DNA of 59,664 nucleotides from NCBI GenBank assembly GCA_944358775.1, contig CALVRU010000004.1, positions 1 through 59,664 on the forward strand, written 5' to 3'. The notes under the pieces were generated by a model. That model made no database searches and was not told the DNA's origin. It saw nothing but the letters and a program-made list of their open reading frames with translations. The DNA comes from an uncultured Bacilli bacterium. Lineage in GTDB: Bacteria > Bacillota_I > Bacilli_A > RF39 > UBA660. Of this stretch, positions 48,218-57,467 are shown piece by piece. Position numbers and translations under genes: made by a program. How positions within the stretch are numbered: the stretch's first letter is position 1; the number at the start of each line of letters is the position of its first letter.

Positions 48218-49431
48218 TTCATAGTCGAGAATTTCGATCTCTCTGCAAGAAAACAATCGTCTTTTTCGTCATCTATTTTATTTTCTCTCTTGCTTTTGGT
48301 GCAGCAGTAACGAAGTGGTATGAGAATTATTTGTTTCAACAAGAAAAATTACTTGTTTCCAAAATGGTGGCTGAGATGCCTACCAGTGAAGAAGAATATA
48401 TGCAAATTCTCCAAGAAGAGCCGATCGAAATCAACGAAGCATTATTTGAAAATTATGGTATTGACAAAAATACATTCTCAATGTTCGTACCGAGTCGCTT
48501 TTATTTCACTGTAACCGGTATTACGCTTTTACCAGGAATTATTGCCATCGTCGGGATTTTTCTTTTATATTCTCTCCATCTACGTGAAATCTATCGTAAA
48601 ATCGATGGAATTAATACTTATATCAACGAGATTCTAAATGATCGTTATCCACTCAGTATGAAAGAGTACGAAGAAGGGGCATTTTCCACTTTAAAAGATG
48701 ATATTTTTAAGATTACCAATAAGTTACGGGAACAAAGTGAAACCCTAGAGAAAGAAAAAAAATATTTAGAAACGACATTATCCGATATATCACATCAATT
48801 AAAAACCCCATTGACGAGTATGAATGTAATTAATAATTTATTAGAAGATGACAAGCTGGATAAAAAAGTACGAATGGAGTTTTGCCATAAAAATGCTGCT
48901 CAGTTGGAACGAATCGAATGGTTAGTAACGTCACTTTTGAAATTGTCACGCTTAGAAAGTGGGACGATTCAATTAAAGAAAGAAAAAGTAAAAGTGATAG
49001 AACTCGTCAAACAAGCCTTGGCACCTCTCGAAATACCAATTGAATTAAAAAATCAAAAAGTAGTAATGGATGGAAAGAAGAATGTCGAAATAATCGGTGA
49101 TAAAAATTGGACTGTGGAAGCCCTAGTCAATATTATAAAAAACGCTCATGAACATACTGCTGAAAACGGAACAATTACAATTTCCTGGTCCGAAAATCCA
49201 ATTTATGTTGAACTGATGATTCAAGATAATGGAGAAGGAATTTATGAAGAAGATCTACATCATATTTTTGAACGTTTTTATAAAGGAAGTCATAATACAA
49301 AAGAGAGTATTGGGATCGGTTTAAATATGGCTTATTTGATTATTCATAGACAAGATGGGACCATCGATGTCAAAAGTAAACGGGGCGAAGGAACGACTTT
49401 CTTCATTCATTTTTATAAATCACGGATTTAG
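48214..49431 (+). CDS. Sensor histidine kinase
   Basis: 2 TMs, DISHQLKTPL H-box, NIIKNA, DNGEG, FERFYKG, GIGL. Confidence 0.95.
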   Translation: MIHSREFRSLCKKTIVFFVIYFIFSLAFGAAVTKWYENYLFQQEKLLVSKMVAEMPTSEEEYMQILQEEPIEINEALFENYGIDKNTFSMFVPSRFYFTVTGITLLPGIIAIVGIFLLYSLHLREIYRKIDGINTYINEILNDRYPLSMKEYEEGAFSTLKDDIFKITNKLREQSETLEKEKKYLETTLSDISHQLKTPLTSMNVINNLLEDDKLDKKVRMEFCHKNAAQLERIEWLVTSLLKLSRLESGTIQLKKEKVKVIELVKQALAPLEIPIELKNQKVVMDGKKNVEIIGDKNWTVEALVNIIKNAHEHTAENGTITISWSENPIYVELMIQDNGEGIYEEDLHHIFERFYKGSHNTKESIGIGLNMAYLIIHRQDGTIDVKSKRGEGTTFFIHFYKSRI

Positions 49432-49444
49432 CAAGTGACAAAAT

Positions 49445-49489
49445 TGTCATGATAAAAGTCATATCATTGTCATATTTATTTCTTATAAT
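49445..49489 (+). promoter_or_regulatory. Putative OmpR-type direct-repeat operator plus -10 element
   Basis: TGTCAT (49445), AGTCAT (49457), TGTCAT (49468) at 11-12 bp spacing; TATAAT at 49484. Confidence 0.5.
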
Positions 49490-49503
49490 GAAGAAGAAAA
49501 GAG

Positions 49504-49698
49504 ATGAGAAGTATGACGAAAGAAAGTTTTCAGAAAGTGGGAGTGCCACTTTTGATTTTACTCGTTACATTTATGATTAATTGCGCCTGTATTTATCTAT
49601 ATTTTACGGTTATAGAGTCAGAAAGTGGTTCTGGACAACAGATATCTTCTCATTATGAAAAGAAAGGATGGAATACCTATGGAAATATTGCGAGTTGA
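49504..49698 (+). CDS. Small hypothetical membrane protein
   Basis: 64 aa with one TM; overlaps the ATPase start. Confidence 0.4.
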   Translation: MRSMTKESFQKVGVPLLILLVTFMINCACIYLYFTVIESESGSGQQISSHYEKKGWNTYGNIAS

Positions 49699-50359
49699 AA
49701 ACTTATCGAAATTCTATGGCAAAGGGGATACATTAGTGAAAGCGTTGGATCATGTGAACTTTCGCGTAGAGAAGGGTGAATTTGTAGCAATTGTCGGAGC
49801 ATCGGGAAGCGGGAAAAGTACACTGTTACACATTTTAGGTGGTGTCGATCGACCGACGGAAGGAAAAGTATACGTCGATGGCGAAGATGTATATGAATTA
49901 GATGAAAATAATTTAGCCATTTTTCGCCGCCGCCAAGTCGGTTTAATTTATCAGTTTTATAATCTGATTCCGATTTTAAATGTGAAAGAGAATATGACCC
50001 TTCCAATTTTATTAGATCATAAAAAAGTCGACGAAAAATACCTACACGAATTAATTGAAACCCTCGATTTGCAAGATCGTGTTACGCACTTACCAAATGA
50101 ATTGTCCGGTGGTCAACAACAACGAGTTTCGATTGGGCGAGCACTGATGAATCACCCGGCGCTTTTACTAGCGGATGAACCGACGGGCAATTTGGATTCG
50201 AAAGCGAGTCGTGAGATTGTCGAATTATTAAAGTTGTCTAATCGGAAATACAAACAGACGATTATTATGATTACGCACGATCATAATTTAGCATTAAATG
50301 CAGACCGTATTATTACGATCGATGATGGTAAGATAGTCAGTGATGAGAAGGTGAAATAA
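49679..50359 (+). CDS. ABC exporter ATP-binding protein (MacB/LolD-like)
   Basis: GASGSGKST, LSGGQQQRV, LADEPTGNLD. Start at ATG 49679 after AAAGGA. Confidence 0.95.
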   Translation: MEILRVENLSKFYGKGDTLVKALDHVNFRVEKGEFVAIVGASGSGKSTLLHILGGVDRPTEGKVYVDGEDVYELDENNLAIFRRRQVGLIYQFYNLIPILNVKENMTLPILLDHKKVDEKYLHELIETLDLQDRVTHLPNELSGGQQQRVSIGRALMNHPALLLADEPTGNLDSKASREIVELLKLSNRKYKQTIIMITHDHNLALNADRIITIDDGKIVSDEKVK

Positions 50360-53037
50360 TGAACATTTTAAATCGGTTGACGATCAAACACCTTTGTATG
50401 AATAAACGTCGGACGATCGTGACGATCATCGGTATTATTTTATCGTGTAGTCTAATGGTTGGACTTGGAACGATTGCATCTAGCTTTCGTGAGTATTTAA
50501 TTCACGATGAAGAAGCTTCCGGCGGAAAATGGCACGCCGAAATACTAGGAGTTCCTTATTCCAATTATAAATACATTGCAAATAATGCAATGGTTTCTGA
50601 CAGTTATGTAAAAGTACCACTTGGCTATACTATGTTAGAAAACGGCAGCAACAGCTATAAACCGTACTTATATGTGCTGGCAACGAACGATAGTTATCTA
50701 AAAACGGTTGAGGTGCTACAAGGTCGATTGCCAGAAAACGAACACGAATTACTAATTTCGAATCATATCGAAAGTAATGGTGGCGTCACTTTCGAAATAG
50801 GAGATGAAATCACCCTCGATCTTGGCGTGCGGTATTTAGATGGAATGACCGAAAATGATTTTTTAGGCCAGAATAATCCATATGAACAAGACGAACAATT
50901 CCATAAGACGAACACGAAAACATATACAGTGGTAGGAATAATAGAACGCTTGAATGATGAACCATATAGTGCGCCGGGATATACCGTATTGACGAAAGTG
51001 AATGATACGATTCCAAAAGATGCCCTCAGTGATGTGGCGGTGATTTATCGCGACGTAAAGAATGTTCATGATAAAAGTGAGGCACTTGCGCAAATCACTG
51101 GCGCGAAGAGTTATCTTACAACAAATGAAGACGGTCAAAAAGAAATCACCTATGATATTCAGTATCACGAAGGATTACTAGCGTTTTACGGCGAGAGTTC
51201 TTATACAGGGGTAAATAATACAATTACTGGCATCGTCATTTTAGTGTTAACGTTAGTGTCGATTGGATGTATTTTAGTAATCTACAATTCGTTTGCCATT
51301 TCAGTGATGGAACGAAAAAAACAGTTCGGCTTATTTGCCAGTATTGGAGCGACCAAACGACAAATTAGAAAAACCGTATTATTCGAAGCTTTCCTTGTCG
51401 GAGTGATCGGAATACCACTTGGTTTTCTTGGCGGTATTTTTGGAATTTATGTTGTTATTCAGATTATTAATGCACTATTACCAAGAGTATTTGACATTCC
51501 ACTTACACTCAGTTTCTATCCGATGTTTTTAATTCTACCTTTGATCTATATGATTGCAACCATTTTTGTTTCGGCCTGGTTACCAGCGCGGGCGGCTTCC
51601 AAAATATCTCCGATTGAAGCAATTCGGTTGAACGACGATATTAAAGTCAATAAGAAAAAAATGAAGATCAATCGATGGGTGGAACGCATCTTAGGAGTCG
51701 AAGGATTACTTGCACTAAAGAATCTGAAACGAAATAAAAAGAAATATCGAATAACGATTATCAGTTTAGTCGTCAGCATCGTTTTGTTTTTAGGTTTTTC
51801 GACTTTTCTTCAATTTGGAATTGGTGCTTCAAACGATATATTCGAACTGAATAATTATGATATTTATCTATCACTCGAGAAGCAAGAAGATGAGACGGCA
51901 GATGACATCATTCAGAAAGTAAAAAATGTACCACAGATCGAACAAATGCAAATTGTCCTTCCTGGATATAATCAAGGAATTTATGATGTCGGCTTTTTCT
52001 CTCTTGATTTTAGTCCATTTACCAAAGAATATGGCGAGTATTTAAAAGACGAGTATGGGGAAGAGAAAATGGAATGGTTTTCTTTGCCAGTGTATGTACT
52101 AGACCAAGATACTTATTTTGCTTATTTAGAAGAACTTGGCTTACCACGTTCGAACTATGAAGGACGAGATCCTAAATTGCTATTGTTAAATGAACTTACG
52201 ATGAAAGATTATACAACACAGACGATGACGAACTATCGTGTTTTTCAAAACAATATTTCACACTTACAGTTAGACCTTGCTACAATAAAGCCATTAGAAG
52301 AAGACCAATTTAAAGAAAAGTTCGAAGAAAACTATGACGTCGTTACGCATGAATATCCTGTTACATTGGTAAACAAGTCACCATCTCTATTGGAAAGAAT
52401 CAATATGCCATGTATTTATATTTCAGAAGAAATGTTCGAAAAATTTACAAATGATTTTATTACTTATCAAGGAGAAGTTACTAGCAATCACCAACGAATT
52501 AACATCTACTTAAAAGCAACGGATAGTGATGACGTTGAAAAAGCGTTAAATCAACAATTTCAACTTGATGGAAATAACAATTATCTTTATAACTATGCTG
52601 CTTCCAAAGAACAAGATCGCAATACGGTGATCGTAATTCAACTTTTACTATATGGATTTATTACATTAGTAACATTGATTGGGGTAACTTCCGTTTTTAA
52701 TACGATTAATACTTCGATGGCTCTTCGTCGTCGGGAATTTGCAGTCTTACGGAGTGTTGGCCTTAGTCCCAAAGGATTTAAAAAAATGTTGTGCTGGGAA
52801 AGTATCTTCTATGGTCTTAGTGCACTAGGCTGGGGACTTCCGATTTCTTTCTTGGTCATTCTATTATTCAATAATGTATTTGAACAAATGATTCAAAATC
52901 AGTTTTTCTTTCCGACGAAGGAATTGATCATCTGTATTATTGCAGTTTTTGCAATTGTATTTATGACAGTCCTTTATGCAACCAAAAAGATTAAGAAAGA
53001 AAATATTTTAGATGCCATTCGCGAAGAGAACATTTAG
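50359..53037 (+). CDS. FtsX/MacB-like ABC permease (duplicated, 892 aa)
   Basis: Two FtsX-type halves (ERKKQFGLFASIG; RRREFAVLRSVG) with large extracellular domains. Confidence 0.92.
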   Translation: MNILNRLTIKHLCMNKRRTIVTIIGIILSCSLMVGLGTIASSFREYLIHDEEASGGKWHAEILGVPYSNYKYIANNAMVSDSYVKVPLGYTMLENGSNSYKPYLYVLATNDSYLKTVEVLQGRLPENEHELLISNHIESNGGVTFEIGDEITLDLGVRYLDGMTENDFLGQNNPYEQDEQFHKTNTKTYTVVGIIERLNDEPYSAPGYTVLTKVNDTIPKDALSDVAVIYRDVKNVHDKSEALAQITGAKSYLTTNEDGQKEITYDIQYHEGLLAFYGESSYTGVNNTITGIVILVLTLVSIGCILVIYNSFAISVMERKKQFGLFASIGATKRQIRKTVLFEAFLVGVIGIPLGFLGGIFGIYVVIQIINALLPRVFDIPLTLSFYPMFLILPLIYMIATIFVSAWLPARAASKISPIEAIRLNDDIKVNKKKMKINRWVERILGVEGLLALKNLKRNKKKYRITIISLVVSIVLFLGFSTFLQFGIGASNDIFELNNYDIYLSLEKQEDETADDIIQKVKNVPQIEQMQIVLPGYNQGIYDVGFFSLDFSPFTKEYGEYLKDEYGEEKMEWFSLPVYVLDQDTYFAYLEELGLPRSNYEGRDPKLLLLNELTMKDYTTQTMTNYRVFQNNISHLQLDLATIKPLEEDQFKEKFEENYDVVTHEYPVTLVNKSPSLLERINMPCIYISEEMFEKFTNDFITYQGEVTSNHQRINIYLKATDSDDVEKALNQQFQLDGNNNYLYNYAASKEQDRNTVIVIQLLLYGFITLVTLIGVTSVFNTINTSMALRRREFAVLRSVGLSPKGFKKMLCWESIFYGLSALGWGLPISFLVILLFNNVFEQMIQNQFFFPTKELIICIIAVFAIVFMTVLYATKKIKKENILDAIREENI

Positions 53038-53093
53038 TTCGACAAAAATAGATGCCACGCTCTATTAAAATATTAGAGTGAGGTGATCTTTTG

Positions 53094-54314
53094 ATGAACA
53101 GAAAAAAACAGATGGCAGCAGTAGCCGTATGTGTGGTTGCTGCTCTTTTTTTGTTTTTTCTTTTTCAACCAACTGAATCGAAAAAATATCAAGATGCCGA
53201 TCTTTCGACGATGTGGCAGGAGGAAAAACGTGGCGTTTTTATTTCCTATTTGGAATTGCAAAGTAATCTGTTAAATCAGCAAGAGAAGGGGAAAGAAATT
53301 ATAATTGATATGCTCGCACGGATTCAGAATGCGAATTTTAATATGATTCTATTACAAGTGCGGAGTTTTTCGGATGCGATTTATCCCTCGGAGTATTTTC
53401 CAAGTAGCCGTAGTGTGGTGAGTAAGGAAGGAGATCCATTGCCATTCGACTATTTACAATTTTTTATTGAAGAAGCGCATCATCGGAATATTGAAGTTCA
53501 TGCGTGGGTAAATCCATATCGGATTCGTAGTAGTGAAGATGCATCGACCATCTCGATAAAAAACCCTTGCTATAAATGGTTTGATTCGAATCGTGTCAAA
53601 GTAATTCCTGGAAAAGGCATTTATTATAATCCGGCGGACGAAGAAGTACGCGCTTTAATCGTAAAAGGAATTGCCGAAATTCTCGAAAATTATGATGTCG
53701 ATGGAATTCATTTTGATGATTACTTTTATCCGGATCCGTCAATTGACGATCAAAATTATGAAGATTATAAAAATCAAGGTGGTACATTGAGTCATGACGC
53801 TTACCGCCTGGAACAAGTGAACTTATTGGTGCGTGATGTCTATGAGCTAGCTCATCGTTATCAAAAAGTATTTGGAATTAGCCCGGAAGGGAATATTTCG
53901 AACAATTATGAAAGCAATTACATCGATACCAAACTCTGGATGTCACAGGATGGTTATATCGATTATATCATGCCACAGATTTACTTCGGCTTTGAAAATG
54001 AACGACGTCCTTTTTTAACGACGTTGGCCGAATGGAATGCTTTGATTACGGCAGAGCATGTGACCTTAATGCCGGCACTTGCTTTCTACAAAACAGGACA
54101 AGAAGACACGTATGCTTTTTCTGGAAAAGAAGAATGGATCAAGCACCAAGATATCATTATGAAACAAATTATCGCATCGCGCTCCGTCGGTAAATATCGG
54201 GGATTTTCTTTGTTCCGTTACGATTATTTTTTTGGAAATCAGTATGAAACGGAAGCTACTTTGAAAGAAAAAGAGAACGTTTTGAATTTGTTGTTGACGA
54301 ATCGACAAAAGTGA
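53094..54314 (+). CDS. Family 10-like glycoside hydrolase (DUF187/GHL10), membrane-anchored
   Basis: QVR..SD, HAWVNPYR, DGIHFDDYFY, IMPQIY; N-terminal TM. Confidence 0.88.
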   Translation: MNRKKQMAAVAVCVVAALFLFFLFQPTESKKYQDADLSTMWQEEKRGVFISYLELQSNLLNQQEKGKEIIIDMLARIQNANFNMILLQVRSFSDAIYPSEYFPSSRSVVSKEGDPLPFDYLQFFIEEAHHRNIEVHAWVNPYRIRSSEDASTISIKNPCYKWFDSNRVKVIPGKGIYYNPADEEVRALIVKGIAEILENYDVDGIHFDDYFYPDPSIDDQNYEDYKNQGGTLSHDAYRLEQVNLLVRDVYELAHRYQKVFGISPEGNISNNYESNYIDTKLWMSQDGYIDYIMPQIYFGFENERRPFLTTLAEWNALITAEHVTLMPALAFYKTGQEDTYAFSGKEEWIKHQDIIMKQIIASRSVGKYRGFSLFRYDYFFGNQYETEATLKEKENVLNLLLTNRQK

Positions 54315-54397
54315 CAAGTTTACCGTAAAATTATTTGCTTTCGCTTGAAAATGATAAGTTCCCTTTGTATAATGAATATTAGAATAGGAGGCAAGAA

Positions 54398-54913
54398 ATG
54401 GGGAGGAATCGGAATGGTTTTACTTTAGTGGAATTGTTGGCAGTCATCGTGATTTTAGGAATTATCATGTTGATTGCAGTTCCAAATGTGGTCGGTGTGA
54501 TCGATAATAATCGTAAGGAAACTTATTTATCGGATGCCAAAAAGATGGTCACCATGGCCGAGTATGCAACGCGCACGAATACTTCAATCTTAATGCCCAA
54601 TAACGGGGAAGTAACGGTGTTACGCCTTTCTTATATTAACAATGGAGATCTTACAAAGGATCCAGAAGGAAACAATTATGATACGTATCGTAGTTATATT
54701 GCGATTAAGAAAGGTACCGATGGCTTTGATGAGTATTATGTTAATTTAGTAGGTGGGACAACTGAAAAAAACAGAGGAATTAATTTGACTAAAGTAGATG
54801 ATCTAAATGGCGATAATCGCTTTAAAATGGTTGTAAAAAACTTTACAATTCGCTCTAGTAATGACGAGATAAAAAATGCACTTGGTGTTAGTACGGTGCA
54901 TGAATATCAATAA
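54398..54913 (+). CDS. Type IV prepilin-like protein
   Basis: G/FTLVELLAVIVILGII N-methylation motif. Confidence 0.9.
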   Translation: MGRNRNGFTLVELLAVIVILGIIMLIAVPNVVGVIDNNRKETYLSDAKKMVTMAEYATRTNTSILMPNNGEVTVLRLSYINNGDLTKDPEGNNYDTYRSYIAIKKGTDGFDEYYVNLVGGTTEKNRGINLTKVDDLNGDNRFKMVVKNFTIRSSNDEIKNALGVSTVHEYQ

Positions 54914-54984
54914 ATTAATAATATTTTATTGATGAAATTTGTCGATTATGATATGATGAATATGAAAATAAGGAGGAAAAGTAT

Positions 54985-55554
54985 ATGAAGTTAAATAAGA
55001 AAGGATTCACGTTGATCGAACTATTAGCAGTAATTGTTATTTTGGGAGTGGTTTTAGCAGTTGCGATTCCAAGCGTCAACCGTCTTTTAACGAATGCCAG
55101 AAAAGATACCTATATTGACAGTGCCAAAACGTATATTTCTGGGGCAAGAAACGCCGCTGCTTCTGGTCAATTCTTTTTACCGATCACTTCAGGAGAAATC
55201 ACAGTGATTCCACTTGAGGCAATACCACTTGAAAATGACACTTACCAAAGCTCATTTGGAAAAGCTTGGAACTCAGCAGTTAGTTATGTCGTGATTGCGA
55301 ATGAAGGAACGGAAGAATATCCAACATATGTTTATTATTATGCATCATGTGATGCCGATGGAAACTATGTTAATCTCACAAAAGAAAGTGATCTTGTAAG
55401 AACAAGCGTACAGCGTGGTACTCATAACATTACATCAATGACGGCAACAAGTGCAGAAGAAAAAAGAGAGAATGTTACTTTAAAAACTGGTAGTGGAAAT
55501 TTGACGATTGGTACGAACTCTACTTTTACAGCATATATTTATCAAGCGTCTTAA
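54985..55554 (+). CDS. Type IV prepilin-like protein, tandem copy 1
   Basis: KG/FTLIELLAVIVILG motif. Confidence 0.9.
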   Translation: MKLNKKGFTLIELLAVIVILGVVLAVAIPSVNRLLTNARKDTYIDSAKTYISGARNAAASGQFFLPITSGEITVIPLEAIPLENDTYQSSFGKAWNSAVSYVVIANEGTEEYPTYVYYYASCDADGNYVNLTKESDLVRTSVQRGTHNITSMTATSAEEKRENVTLKTGSGNLTIGTNSTFTAYIYQAS

Positions 55555-55605
55555 TTTGATTTAAAATAGGCAAAAATAAATGTGACAATAGGATAGGAGA
55601 AATTT

Positions 55606-56181
55606 ATGAAATTAAATAAAAAAGGGTTTACCCTAATTGAATTATTAGCAGTAATCGTTATTTTAGGTGTCGTATTAGCAGTGGCGATTCCAAGTGTCAA
55701 CCGACTTTTGACGAATGCCAGAAAAGATACCTATGTTCAAAGTGCAAAAACTTATATTTCAGGAGCAAGAAATGCCGCTACTTCGGGTCAGTTCTTCTTG
55801 CCAATTACGACGAGTGAGATTACGATTATCCCACTTGAGGCAATTCCACTTGAAAATGACACTTATAAAAGTTCGTTTGGTAAAGCTTGGAATTCATCAG
55901 TTAGTTATGTCGTAATTACAAATGAAGGAACGGAAGAATATCCACAATATATTTTCTATTATGCTTCTGCAGACGTAGATGGAAACTATGTTGATTTGAC
56001 AAAAGAAAGCGAACTTACTCGAACAAGTGTAAAACGTGGTACTCATAAAATCACTGCCATGACGAATGAAACAGAAAATGTAGAGGAAGTAAAATCAGGA
56101 GTAAAACTTACAACTAGTAGTGGTGATTTTTCAATAAATGGTGTGACTACTTTTACAGCTCATATCTATAAAGCTTCTTAA
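55606..56181 (+). CDS. Type IV prepilin-like protein, tandem copy 2
   Basis: First 43 aa identical to copy 1; diverged C-terminus. Confidence 0.9.
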   Translation: MKLNKKGFTLIELLAVIVILGVVLAVAIPSVNRLLTNARKDTYVQSAKTYISGARNAATSGQFFLPITTSEITIIPLEAIPLENDTYKSSFGKAWNSSVSYVVITNEGTEEYPQYIFYYASADVDGNYVDLTKESELTRTSVKRGTHKITAMTNETENVEEVKSGVKLTTSSGDFSINGVTTFTAHIYKAS

Positions 56182-56186
56182 TTGCG

Positions 56187-56213
56187 AAAAAGCTGATTGA
56201 AATCAGCTTTTTT
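56187..56213 (+). terminator. Intrinsic terminator after the pilin genes
   Basis: AAAAGCTGAT-tgaa-ATCAGCTTTT plus T-run. Confidence 0.8.
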
Positions 56214-56265
56214 ATTTTCTTTGAAAAGTCGATATTTTCTGATAAAATAGGAGTGAGGTGAAATT

Positions 56266-57150
56266 ATGCTTATTATCGGTTCTCATGTATCGTTTAATAA
56301 AGAGACACAATTATTAGGTAGTTTAGAAGAAGCACTCAGTTATGGTGCAAATACATTTATGTTTTATACGGGTGCACCCCAAAACACAATGCGTTATCCA
56401 ATCGATGATCGTCTCACTTGGAAAGCTTTAGAAAAAATGAAACAGACAGATGTCGATTATCGTAACGTCATTGTTCACGCGCCATATATTATCAATTTAG
56501 GAAACACGGATCCAGATAAATATGCTTTTTCGATTCGGTTTTTACAAGAGGAGTTAGAAAGATGCGAACAATTAGGAGTGCGCTATCTTGTCCTTCATCC
56601 TGGTAGTCATGTTGGAAATGGAATGGAATCAGGAATTCGTGCCATCGGTAGTGCATTAAATCAATTATTGGTCGGAAAAGAGAACAAAGTGATGATTTTG
56701 TTAGAAACGATGGCCGGTAAAGGAACGGAAGTTGGCAGCAAGTTTGAAGAATTGAAAGCAATTATGGATCAAGTCGAAGAACAGGATCGAATTGGTGTAT
56801 GTATGGACACTTGCCATATGCATGATGCCGGCTATCACACCGAAGATATCGATTCTCTACTAGCTGAATTCGATCAGGTGATCGGTTTAGATAAACTACA
56901 TTGTATTCATGTGAATGATAGCAAAAATCCATTTGCATCACACAAGGATCGGCATGAGAATATTGGTTTTGGCGATTTGGGATTTGAACAGATATTATCT
57001 TATTGCTATCATCCCAAACTAGAAAATATTCCAAAGATTTTAGAAACTCCTTATATCGACCATACTTATCCGCCATATCGTTATGAAATTGCTATGATTC
57101 GGTCTAAAAAATTTGATCCGGAATTAAAAGAGAAGATTATTGCGAATTAA
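56266..57150 (+). CDS. nfo: Endonuclease IV
   Basis: GSHVS, HAPYIINL, HPGSH, ETMAGKG, DTCH, HVNDS, DRHE. Confidence 0.97.
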   Translation: MLIIGSHVSFNKETQLLGSLEEALSYGANTFMFYTGAPQNTMRYPIDDRLTWKALEKMKQTDVDYRNVIVHAPYIINLGNTDPDKYAFSIRFLQEELERCEQLGVRYLVLHPGSHVGNGMESGIRAIGSALNQLLVGKENKVMILLETMAGKGTEVGSKFEELKAIMDQVEEQDRIGVCMDTCHMHDAGYHTEDIDSLLAEFDQVIGLDKLHCIHVNDSKNPFASHKDRHENIGFGDLGFEQILSYCYHPKLENIPKILETPYIDHTYPPYRYEIAMIRSKKFDPELKEKIIAN

Positions 57151-57397
57151 TCTTCTCTTTTGCTAATTGATAGAGCTCTAGTGTTTTTTGATAAACAGTA
57201 GGGGATAGATTGTTTTTAAGATCTTTTAAAACAGAAGTTGCGTCACCATGATATAACGTGCTCCAATGTGTTTTTAAAGTATTTAATAAAACCTGCGCTT
57301 CTTGTTCCGAAATAGCAATATTTTGTTTTTCAGCAAACGCAATAATATCTTCTTTGGAAAGTGTTTTTAAATATTGCATAATTAAATAGTCGTACAT
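57137..57397 (-). CDS. DUF2624 family (YqfT-like) protein
   Basis: L..EDII.FA.KQNIAIS..EA..L pattern; SD AGGAGG; convergent on nfo, the arrangement recalled for Bacillus. Confidence 0.7.
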   Translation of the reverse strand: MYDYLIMQYLKTLSKEDIIAFAEKQNIAISEQEAQVLLNTLKTHWSTLYHGDATSVLKDLKNNLSPTVYQKTLELYQLAKEKINSQ

Positions 57398-57413
57398 TTT
57401 TTCCTCCTATCAA

Positions 57414-57442
57414 AAAGTATGTGATAAATCAAAAGATTATGA
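57414..57442 (-). promoter_or_regulatory. SigE-like (mother cell) promoter
   Basis: Minus strand TCATAAT-14 nt-CATACTTT upstream of the DUF2624 gene. Confidence 0.5.
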
Positions 57443-57467
57443 TACAAACTATAATGGAGGCAAAATT

